Positions 37,239-48,370 of a stretch of DNA of 64,000 nt are shown here, in pieces. The notes under the pieces were generated by a model, which was not told where the DNA came from, ran no database searches, and was given only the letters and a program-made list of their open reading frames with translations. Positions within the stretch are counted from its first letter, which is position 1. Each line of letters starts with the position of its first letter. Position numbers and translations under genes: made by a program. Source of the DNA: Prorocentrum cordatum (lineage: Eukaryota). The DNA lies in the NCBI GenBank assembly GCA_963575745.1, contig CAUYUJ010000002.1:930001-994000 (forward strand), given 5' to 3'.

Positions 37239-40200
37239 TCACGCCGCCTTGGACGCCCAGCACAACCCATCCCAGACCAGGGGGACCGACCTCCCCACGA
37301 ACTTCTTTGAACTGGGGTCGATCCCCCCCTTGAGCATCTTCAGAGATTCCTCTGCGTGCCGATTGCGCGGACCCCCGTGGCATTCCTGGAGGAGGTACGG
37401 GCGGGCCCGAGCGCTTCCAAACGCAGCGCAACGCACACACCAGGCAACCCTCCCCCCCATCAGCCACAGACGATGGCTTTTGTGGCAGGTCCGCGCAATT
37501 TTCGGCGGCCCTCCGCAGGGAAACACACAGACCGCGGCGCGAGTCTTCCCTCGCTCACCGCAGTGGAGACACAAATATGAACCTTTCGCTATACACTCGA
37601 CCGCATGGCCTCTCGGGTCTGGGACCAGCTCCAGGAGAGACGGCTTGGCCCGACGGGGCCTGCGGATTTTGGAAACGTCGGGAAATCCACGGGCCGATAA
37701 ATCATCCATAATTTCTGCAATCAGCCAAGCCGACTGCCGAATCAGAGGCGCCAAACCTTTAAACTGTTCACGCGTCCAAGGGTTGTGGGGTTGGGCCTCG
37801 GCCCCACGACGGGCCAGCTCATCAGCCTTCTTATTGCCCCGCCATTTCCAATCTTCTACAGCAAGCCTACGGGCCTGGGCCAGGGAGAGGTGAGACCTGA
37901 TCTTAGTCACAGAAATCCTATCGGGGCCGATCTCAGCAGCGAGCCTGAAAATGTCCTCCCAGAGCTCCGAGAAAGCGACCTTTTCCAGATCCTGAGTAGG
38001 TCCCATCTTCCAGGTGTCCAGGACGGCCTTGCAGTCTGTGACAATCTCCATGGCCTCAGGCCCCGCGAGCCTCAAAGCCATGACCAGCGCATACACTTCC
38101 CCGCAGCCGCTGGTCTGGACTGCGTGGGGCAACGGTCCGAACGCAGACCCAGTAACATATCCTCCCCAAGAGTCCAAAGACATGGATACGACCGCCCATC
38201 CAGCTCTCGTGAACTGAGGTAACTTGGGGTCCAATCCAGACCCATCCAGACAAATTCTCGGCCCCAGGTGTCCCCCAGGAGGACACACATCCCACTTGTG
38301 ACCAGCTACGGTGTGCGGCGCTGGCCACTGCCACTCTGGACTCGGGGCGAGCGTACGTGTGACCAGCAACTGGTTAGCAGGCGTGCAATCCAAGGCGAGA
38401 AGATCGCCCACATCTAGGTCACGCCGAACAGCGGCATGAGCGGGGCAGCAGCGGAAGCGATGACTGGGCGTGCCCAGCCTTTCTCCACAAAGCTGGCAGA
38501 GGGGGTCCACAACACGACGATCGTCATACAGAATCAGTTGGGTTGGGTAGCCTCCAGAGACAATCCCAGCGAGTCCCGTGGCTGCCGTGAACCTTTCTTC
38601 TCCCCGAAGCTTCTGAAGGACCTCGGTGACGGGCTCGAGCATAGGCCCTCCTGAAAGACCTGGGACTCTGACACCATCTCCCAAACCTCTCAGCAGCATA
38701 TCCCGAACGGCCTGGTGAAGAACAACCTTGAGCGACCTGTATCCCAAGAAGCTCACATCTACTTCAACTCCCCGAACAGTCACAAACTTGCACCAGCTTT
38801 TGACCTGCCAACCCAGCCTTTCGATCGTGAGGGCAGCTGCGCCCGCGGGTCCACGGACATCTTGCCACCCACGAGCAGGTCGGCGATAAAACGAATTGAA
38901 ACACTCCTCCATGACGCGCTGCTCTGCCCAGCTCAAGCGAGCGGCTTGTCCCCAAGCAAGGATGGGTAACGCATGCACGTCATATGATGGATCCGCCTTG
39001 GGCTCCACCGAGAGGAGAAACTCCAACGTCCTGCACCTCCCTTTTGGAGTCCCAAAGAGCGCACTCCCCAAACTGGCACGAAGCTGGCCAAGAGCGGAGG
39101 TGGACATACCATTGACACGGCAACCGTAAGTGGCCGAGGGAAGGCCTCCCGTCCGAGCAACCTTGAACAAACCCTTCGTGGCACTGCTGAGCCCTCGGAG
39201 TCTGCCCCTCCGAAGCCTGATTTTATGCAACCGTTTTTGGAGGACCTTGGATCCCTTGGCTCCTTTCTGCATCGTCTGGTCGCAGCCCAGGTTCCGTCCA
39301 GAGCTAGCGCCAGTAAGGTTCCACTTCTTAAGCCTAGACACAATGGTCGCCCTCGCCGCCGAGTGACTGCAAAGGACGAGGCCCTTCGACCTCGAGATCA
39401 CCAGTAGCAGCTTCTCGAGCTGCAGGCACAGAGAGTACACAGCTCGGGGCAGGACGCTCTCGACATGCTTCCTACTGCCCGAAGCCTGCGCCGTGATGTC
39501 GTCTACTACATTGAACAACTGCACACTAAAGTAAAGCTCCCTGGTGAGGTCCATGGGGCCCATGAGCATCACACGTAAAAGCGTAGTCGCAAAACCACAG
39601 CCTGCCAGGATCCCTTGGAACGCCTGCACGGGGTTTCCAACCACTCCACACACATTGATGATTCTTCTCGCGCGGTAGAGCGACAGCAAAAGGCGCAGCT
39701 TCACCAGACTAAACTTATGCTTGACGGCCGCGACGGCCAGCAAATAATGGCACACCTTCTCGTAGGCCTTTGTGAGGTCCACGAGGCACGAGCCTGAACA
39801 GCCACCTACACTGACATGCTGCTCGACCGTCAAGCTCTGCTCCCAAACCGCTCGTTCGCAGCTCTTGCCGCGCACACCGTACAGATAAGCACGATTATTA
39901 TCACGCTCCCAACGCTTTATCTCGCCCCGCGACAGCTTGGAGAACACGCGCGCTGGTGTGGGCAGCAGGGCTATCGGGCGAAAACCTCCTTCGGGCTTCC
40001 CCAACATGGCAAGGATGGTGGTGAGGAGGATGGTGGGGTAGGTGCCCAAGAGCTCCATCTTAGGCCACAGCGCGCCCAAAACCTCCAGTAGGCCATCCGA
40101 GGCCTTGTCCAGGTCCCGAGGCCGAAGCGCATCCACTCCAGCCGCCGTCCTTTTCGGAAACTTCCTGATGGCAACCCTGATGTCTCCCACGGACCGCTCC

Positions 40201-42462
40201 TCCGAACATAGCTCCTGGACCGAGACTCCCTGCTCGTCAGCCTGGGACTGGATCTGGTGCGTCAGGAACTGGATGGGATCGGGGAACATCGAGGCCTCTG
40301 GGAGGGGCTCCCAGATGTCACGCCAGAACTTGGTAAGCCCATCGACCGTCTCTTGAGGTCCCAGCGGGGCCGAGAAACCTCCAGCCTTGACCGTGCTTGA
40401 CTCAGGGGGTACCCAGCCGATCGGGCACTGCGAATACTTGTGCGCCTTGCCAGCGCCAGCAGATACAGCCTCCTGCACCCACTCTCGCCAACGCTTGCCA
40501 CGCTCCGCGGTAAACTTGCGTTCATACACTTTGGCGAAACCTTCAGCCTCGACGCCCCAGGCCTGCAACTGCTCGAGGGAGGCGTGAAACCTACTTCCAA
40601 AAGACGGGACCCACTGCTGCCAGGACACGTCTTTGCGCAACTGCTTAGGTCCCCACTCGACCGCCTTCAGAAGCCCCATAGACTCGCCCTCACCCCATCT
40701 GAGTCCCCGTCTCTTGATGTAAACCAGCTCCGAGAAAAGCTTGGAAACGCGACGCCACCCACGACTCTCAGGACATCCGACGGGATACCGACCTCCAGAC
40801 GTCCTGACAGCTGATACTTTCACAATGGTAGGCTCCTCCGCTCTACCAAAATACTGCTTCTGCTCCAAGACTCCGTGATAGGTCCCAAGCTCACGTTCCA
40901 GCGACTCGACGAATAACCGATAGCACGCATCCAACGACTCACGATCCCCAACCGATCGAGCAGAGTCCAGGAGCTCCCGATAATCGAGTGGTTCTGGCAT
41001 GGGTCCTATCACACTGTCCTGCGGGAAAGCCCTCGGCTGGCGGAGCGACTGGACCAGCACGCTCAAGGGCTCGCTGCGAAACTTGACCACGACGGGCCAG
41101 TGCGGCTTCGTCGACGCCTTCCTACTGATGGCACAAGAATGGACGCTAGCCGCCAGACCTGCAGACATCACACAATAATCGATCGTTTTCCAGACCTTGG
41201 CAGTGGACCTACACGTGTAAGATGCTGGCTTCACAATCTGTCCCCCAAGACGACCAGCCCACCCCAACTCCAGGAGTCTATCTGGTGAAACGTTCCAGTC
41301 ACCTCCAAGGACAAACGGTAAGCCCCAAGAATGCAACTGCTCTCCGATTCTACTCAATATTTGGCCCCCCGTGGGCCCCAATGGGTCCTGGTCGGGCAAG
41401 TAGATGGACCCAATGATGAGCCCCCCCTGGCACATACGCGTTGACCCACATCAGCTGCTGGCGATGCGGGCTCGGCAAGCGCTTGACGTCCGTCGGCGGC
41501 AAGCCCAGCCCGACGAAATCCCTGCACGCAACCGTGACGCCTCCTGACAGGCCTCCAGCCTCGGTGACCTCCGACGGGTGAATCGACGCCTGCCAGCCTA
41601 GCTTCTTCAACTGAGCTTCACATTCAACTCGATCCGACGGGTCGACAGTTAGTTCCTGAAGCATGACGATCTGACTCGATGCTTCCCCCTGGAGAAACTG
41701 CTTCGCCGAGGACCAAGCCGTGGTATTACAGGTTTCTAGACAGAAAAACTCTCCCTGGCTAGACCTGGACGATTTATTCTTACTCTGCCCTGGCTGGGCA
41801 GACCTAATCTTACGAACTACTTGTGGCCCTGTAAGAGGCCTGGCACTAGGGGGAGGAGGAAGAGCTGGGGACGGCAGATCGGGGGGATGGGATGTCGGCG
41901 GGGGCGGGGGCCAAACCAGGGACCGAAAGAAAATCCCAGGGGGCGGAGGAGCGGAGGTGCTCGAGCCATCCCACGTGGTGGTCGACACGAGATTCGAGCG
42001 GCGCCTGAATTCAGCCTGACTGAGTTGCTTCTGCCACTTCCCCCCTTCGATCCGAACGAGCTGCTTTCGTCGGTGAGGGTCTACACGAGGACAGCATGGC
42101 TTGCCGTGGGCGGGGCAGGAGGAGGGGGGGGTGTAGTAGGGGCAGGAGCCAGTGGCGATGCCCGTATCTGTGATTTCTAGATTGCGCTCGGCCACTCGGG
42201 GCCTTCTCGGTGTCACTGAGAACCTTGGGGGCCACTTCTTCATGAGGAGGAGTGGGAGGGAGGAGGTGAATGATGGGGGGAAGGAGAGGGGAGGAGGGGC
42301 GGGGGGGAGGAGGCGAATGAGGGGAAGGGGGGGGGACAAGGAGGAGGGGAGGCGAGGGAATGCAGAAATCAGTATTCTTACTGCTCTCCAAAGTTGTCCC
42401 AATGCCGATCGTGTGGCCGATGGCCCTGGGCCAGGAAGGTGCGGTGACGGACAGTCTGGCAA
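37239..42462 (-). mobile_element. Near-intact LINE ORF: APE endonuclease - RT - RNase H - Cys-rich C-terminus, one +1 frameshift in a G7 run (41421-41427)
   Basis: EN: TCNTT, MLQE, GSIYL, GGDWN, IDY, HWPV. RT: FRPIALL, VDLTKAYE, QGILAG, VVDD. RNase H: CLDGSG, GEVYAL, TDCK, KIRSH, GNKKADELA. Confidence 0.93.
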
Positions 42463-42973
42463 GCAAGTCGCACCCTGCTCTCAGGGAAGGTGAACCCACC
42501 AGGCTCCATGCTGGGTAGCAACCCAGTCTGGACCCAGTGCAGTGCAATCAGGCCCTTCCCCTACTAAAGACAAGCGTGGAAAATGCCACAGGCGTGAGAT
42601 TGGATGGGTAGATTGCTCAAGAGAGCCATCACGGCAACGGTGGGTGCATGACGCCCAAATGTCACGCCTGCTACATCGCGGTGATCATGTGACCCTGAAA
42701 AGAGACACACCTACTTCCCCAAACGGGCGCTTTCCTCTAGATAATCCCACATTCTGAACGCGAGCGGGCAAGTATCCTAATTGCCCCCTAGCGGCTCCCC
42801 TTCGGGGCGCCCTGCCACGACTGCTACATCGCGGTGACCATGCGGACCTGCCAAGAAACACGTCTACCCCACAAACCAAGCGCCTTGCTCGAAGCATCCC
42901 CACAATATGTGCGCGACCGGACAAATGTTCCACTCTGTCCGCCCGCTTCCCCTCCCCCCCCCCGGCGAGGGAC

Positions 42974-43015
42974 GTACTCCGTGACGCCCTGGGGCGTGTT
43001 CTTGTCGCTGTAGTC
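42974..43015 (-). CDS. Exon of DUF1517-like host gene: DYSDKNTPQGVTEY
   Basis: GAG acceptor after pyrimidine tract, GTCCCT donor; joins the next exon to give EYVVVTMLV (DUF1517 EYIVVT motif). Confidence 0.75.
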
Positions 43016-43381
43016 CTCGGAGGTCACCGCGGCGGAGGTGAGGCGGGGAGGGAGGAGGGCGAAAGGAGGGCAGGGTGGAGGGAGGGAGGGAGGGAGGGAG
43101 GAAGGCAGGCAGGAGGGATTGGAGGAAATGGGGGAGAGGAAGGCAGGCGGAAGGTAGGAGCAAGGAAGCGCGACACCACCACCAGCAGCACGCGAGGAGC
43201 CAGGGCGGGGATGGTGTGATACCCCCTCTCGCTCGAGACGTCCCCCATCCCCAGCTCGGGGAGACATCGTGGACCCCCTCGCTGGAGGTAGGATGCGGGG
43301 AGGGGGGTATGAATGGGGCCCTGGGACACACACACACATACACACATACACACACATGCATACATCATATCATAGATATAT

Positions 43382-43413
<32 letters not shown>

Positions 43414-44937
43414 CTAGAACCATCGCGCGCGCTTCGCGCGCGCTCAGGTTCTAGCAGGCCCCAGGCCTTGACGAATTCACTGCTCCACTGAAGTAGTGGA
43501 CCACAGTCCACGCATGCCAATCTGCATTCCGAAAGGCCTTCGAGGAAAATGGTTGTGTAGGGGGGGCGGAGGCCGTACGAATCGGGTTCCCAGAAGGCCT
43601 TCTGGAAGCATGGGTTTGGGGCGTCTTGGGGAGCCTGTAGGGGCGTGCCGTCGTCGTCGCAATGTCGTCGTCGCCTATTGGGGCGCGCCGTCGTCGTCGT
43701 CGTCGTCGATTCAAGAGGGCACTTGGGGCAACTTTGTGCGAAACGATCTGCGGAGGGCCACGAGACGGCGATCAGTCATGTTCCCAATCGACTTCCCAGA
43801 CAGCTCTCCTGTAGCATGATGGTACTTCGAAGCCTCCGGAGACTCGCGGGCCCATGATGAACCATGTCCCCAGAAGGCTTTCTGGGGACATGGTTTGTTG
43901 GGGTGTGTTTGGGGGCCTCTTGGGCGTTCCCTGGGAGCTCCTTGGGGGTCTCTTGGGGTTTCCTGGGGGCCTCTTGGGTGCCTCACGGGGCTTCGTGGGG
44001 GCCTCTTGGTGGTCTACGGGGTCCTACAGGCGGCCTCTAGGGACAGAGACCTCGAAATATCGGTTGGCGGTCCCCTTCTGGGCCCTCTCTTGGGGAGCTC
44101 TTGGGGCACACTTGGGTTGTCTGGGGAGCCTCCTGGGCCGTCTTGGGGCCCTCTTCGGGGCTTCGTGGCCCGTCTTGGCGCGATCTGAAGGGACTCCGAG
44201 CGAGGCCGTGAGGAAGCGCTGGGAAGCGGGGAAAGCGAGAACGCCGAAATCCTTCAAAAACTATCGGACAATTAGTGAATCTTGCCTCCCAGGGCCCTGT
44301 TGGGGAGCCTCTTGAGTCCGTCCTGGAGCGTGTTGGAGTCCTCGTCGGCCGTCTTGAGGGCAGCTTGGGCGTCTTCGGGGCCTCTTGGGACCGTCTAGGG
44401 TCCTCTCGGAACCTCCATTAGCATGTCGTGCCCTGCTTCGGGGCGGGCCCGGGCCGCCTCGGGACCCCTCGGGGCCTTCTCTTGGCGCGCTCTTGGGGCA
44501 CACTTGGGTTGTCTGGGGAGCATCCCGGGCCCCTGGGCCGTCTGGGGGCCCTCGTCGGGGCCTCGTGGGCCTTCTTGGAGCGATCTGAAAGGCCTCCGAG
44601 GCCGTGAGGGTGCGCTGGAAAGCGGGAAAAGCGAGAACGCCAAAATCCAAAACACTCTGAAAACGAAAGAATCTTGCCTTCCAGGGCCCTCTTGGGGAGC
44701 CTCTTGAGTCGTCCTGGAGCGTGTTGGAGTCCTCGTTGGCTGTCTTGACGGCATCTTGGGTGTCTTGGGGGCCTCGTGGGACCGTCTTGGGTCCTCTCGG
44801 GGCCTGTCGTGGCCTGCTTCGGGGCGGGCTCGGGCCGCCTCGGGAGCTCTGCACCCCTCACACAACTCCTGGTGAGCACCGATAGGGGGAACAAGCAGCG
44901 GCCCGCCCCCCCCCCTGGGCCTACTCCGAGATAGAGA
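43414..44937 (-). mobile_element. Second Helitron-like element with internal GGCCCCAAGA-type repeats
   Basis: About 240 bp nearly identical to 24355-24600, including hairpin plus CTAG in (TA)n; far end ggcctactccga shared with 29100-29111. Confidence 0.6.
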
Positions 44938-45639
44938 ATCATGTTCCCGGGAAGCTTTCCCGGAGCATGATTGGTTCGGCTCTCTAAGAGGGGGGCCTCT
45001 GGGGGCTTACCGAGGGGCGCCTGTTGGCCTTGTCGGCAAGCCTATTGGAAACATGGTTGGGGCGGATGGCGGAAGCCCAAGGAATCATGTTCCCGGAAAG
45101 CTATCTGGGAAATACGATTTACCGAAGTGTCTTGGGGGCCCGCAGGGGGCTTCCCTGGGGGTCCCTTGGGGGCCTATTAGGGCTTCCGGGGGGCCTCTTG
45201 GGAGCCTCACGGGGCTGAGCCTCTTGATGGCCTCCGGGGGCGTCCTAGGAGCCTCTCAGGCCGGAGACCTCGAAACGTCGCGCTCTTCGGGCCCTCTTGG
45301 GTCGCTTTTGGGGCTCTCTTGGGGCGCTGTCGAAGCTCTCTTGACTCATCTGGAGAGCCTCCTGGGCCGTCTCTGGGTTTTCTTGGGAGCCTCTTCGGCC
45401 GTCTTGGAGCGATCTGAAGGGCCTCTGACGCGGTCCAGGACCGTGGGGAGGCGGAACATGGGAGAGCGCAAGAATGCTTCAAAAACCATTGGAAATTTAA
45501 TGATTTTCGGCGTCTGGGGCCCTTTGGAGGGGCTTCTGGAGGCGCTCTTGGGGCGTTTTGGTGGCGTCGTCGGCCGTCCTGAGGCCATCTTCGGCGTGTC
45601 CAGGGCCTCTGGGGGCTGTCTTTGGGCGTCCTGGGAAGC

Positions 45640-47049
45640 CGGAAATCATGTTCCCGGAGAGGCTTCCAGGAACATTATTTCGAACGAGGCTCTCGTGGGC
45701 CTCCCTGAGGCCGTCTTGGGGGCCTCCTGGGCTGGCTTTGGGGCCTCTTGGGCCGTGTCGGGGGGTTCCGTGAGCCCCACAGGCAGGCCCTTTTGGGCCG
45801 TCTGGCGCCCTCTTGGGTCTCTCTTGGGCTGTGTTGGGACTCCGCGGGGGCGTCTGTGGCACTGCGACGACGAAGCCAGCGAGTATGCCGAAAATGTACG
45901 TTTTACTACGGGAGCGGGCTGATTTGTGCCTCTTGAAGGCTCTCTCGGGGCCCTCTTCGGCCATCTTCCAGTCATCTCGGGCCCTCCGCGGCCTCGCTGA
46001 GGCTGTCTTGTCGGCCTCTTGGGCGTTCTCGGAACCCAGAAATCATGTTCCCGGAGAGGCTTCCGGGAACATGATTTCGAACGAGGCTCTCGTGGGTCTC
46101 CCTGAGGCCGTCTTGGGGGCCTCCTGGGCTGGCTTTGGGGCCTCTTGGGTTGCCTCGGGGGGTTCCGTGAGCCCCACAGGCCGACCCTTTTGGACTGTCT
46201 TGGGCCCTCTTGGGTCTCTCTTGGGCTGTCTTGGGGCTCCTCGGGGGCGTCTGGGGTACTGTGAAGACGAAGCCAGCGAGTATGCTGAAAATGTACGTTT
46301 TACTACGGGAGCGGGCTGATTTGTGCCTCTTGAAGGCCCTCTCGGGGCCCTCTTCGGCCATCTTCCAGCCATCTCGGGCCCTCTGGGGCCTCGCTGAGGC
46401 TGTCTTGTCGGCCTCTTGGGCGTCCTCGGAACCGGAAATCATGTTCCCGGAGAGGCTTCCGGGAACATGATTTCGAACGAGGATCTCTTGGGCCTCCCTG
46501 AGGCCGTCTTGGGGGCCTCCTGGGCTGGCTTTGGGGCCTCTTGGGTTGCCTCGGGGGGTTCCGTGAGCCCCACAGGCCGACTCTTTTGGACTGTCTTGGG
46601 CCCTCTTGGGTCTCCCTTGGACTGTCTTGGGGCTCCTCGGGGGCGTCTGGGGTACTGTGAAGACGAAGCCAGCGAGTATGCTGAAAATGTACGTTTTACT
46701 ACGGGAGCGGGCAGATTTGAGTCTCTTGAAGGCCCTCTCGGGGCCCTCTTCGGCCATCTTCCAGCCATCTCGGGCCCTCCGGGGCCTCGCTGAGGCTGTC
46801 TTGTCGGCCTCTTGGGCGTCCTCGGAACACAGAAATCATGTTCCCGGAGAGGCTTCCGGGAACATGATTTCGAACGAGGCTCTCGTGGGTCTCCCTGAGG
46901 CCGTCTTGGGGGCCTCCTGGGCTGGCTTTGGGGCCTCTTGGGCCGTGTCGGGGGGTTCCGTGAGTCCCACAGGCAGGCCCTTTTGGGCCGTCTGGCGCCC
47001 TCTTGGGTCTCTCTTGGGCTGTGTTGGGGCTCCGCGGGGGCGTCTGTGG
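45640..47049. repeat. ~397-bp tandem satellite, about 3.5 units, each with a long inverted repeat (perfect 17-bp arms in three units); related units at 24830-25793 and 28618-28940
   Basis: tcatgttcccggagaggcttcc recurs at about 45646, 46043, 46439 and 46836. Confidence 0.92.
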
Positions 47050-48244
47050 TGTGGGCACGACGGGTTCAGGCGGCCATCGCAAGATGTACTGAAAGGGATG
47101 CCTTTGCACTCAACGCACACAGAATGGCTTGAGCCAAAGCGTCAGTCACGGCGCTGTGCACAAGCAAGCATACAACAGACACAAACACAGAAAAGCACGG
47201 ATAGTCAGGACGAGAGGGAGCCATATGATTCCACAGCTCCCCCCACTTACTGTCGACCTGACTCCTCGAGGCGGCGCTCGCGATCCTGTAGATAGCGGCG
47301 GCTGGCCTCTCGACTGCGCCGGCCCTTCTCACCACCGGCCAAGAGGTGAGCCCTCTCCGACTCAGCATCACTCAACGTCAAAGTCCCACGGCGAATCATG
47401 CGACCCATGGCATCGGACCCCTTGGACACATCAGCCTTGGTCATCACATCAGTGGGATTGAGCAGGTGAGGAAACCACTTCACGCACGAGCCCCGCTGGG
47501 AGAAAGAGTCACGAGCAATTGCGAGGTCCACGGAAGTCCTGCGGTCCTCCTTCCGGCCAGCACAGTTCTTGGAAAGACAGTCGAAGATGGACTTGGCGTC
47601 CGTGGCATGAACTCCAGGCAAGGGTCGGTGCAACTCGCAGTTGTCACGGAACACCGACACGTAGGGGCCTGCGTGCTGTCGCCAGTCGGCAGTAGGAACG
47701 TCCCCAAAGCAAGCGTCACGAAGTAGCAGCTGGATCCAGTCGGCTTCTCCAAGAGACTGGCAGAGAGAGTTGGCCTCACCGGCCAGGGATGAGTTGGCAG
47801 CTCGACGCATCTTGGAGGATCTCCAGGAAAACATCGTCACCTTGCTGGTCAGTCCGGCGGCCAGCTGAGGGTCAGCCACTCCCACAGCCCAGGCACACTG
47901 TATGGGTGAGTCCGTGCCAATCCCCGCCGCGTCGCTCAAAGTAAAACTCACCACCTGCGATAGGTCGTGGCGCCAGATGGTCAGGTACTGCGAGGCGGTG
48001 TCACGCAGCATCTGGACGGCCCGATTGAAAACAACGATGTCCTCCACCACCGCCTGTTCCAGCTTGCTGGCGAGTATGGAAGCCGTGCCCGCCACCTCGG
48101 GACGGGTCTCCTTCGCCACCCAGTTGATCCGGTAGATGCCGGATCGGAGCTGCTCGAACTCTGAGCGGCTCAGAGGCTCTTGTCTCTTGGAGCGGCGGCC
48201 CTTCTCCAAGACAATCGGATGAATCTCCTCCAATATGTATTTCT
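47050..48244 (-). mobile_element. 3' end of Ty1/copia LTR retrotransposon (RT C-terminus plus RNase H, PPT, 186-bp 3' LTR 47050-47235)
   Basis: INWVAKETRPE, LSDAA, SWRSSK..R...SSLAGE, TDAKS, DLAIAR, NPTDVMTK. After TAA comes PPT GTGGGGGGAGC, then LTR TGTGG...CCACA ending where the satellite resumes. Confidence 0.9.
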
Positions 48245-48344
48245 NNNNNNNNNNNNNNNNNNNNNNNNNNNNNNNNNNNNNNNNNNNNNNNNNNNNNNNN
48301 NNNNNNNNNNNNNNNNNNNNNNNNNNNNNNNNNNNNNNNNNNNN
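48245..48344. other. Assembly gap (100 N)
   Basis: N run; contiguity across it is unknown. Confidence 1.
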
Positions 48345-48370
48345 AGGGGGTGAGGAGGAGACCCCCTAAG

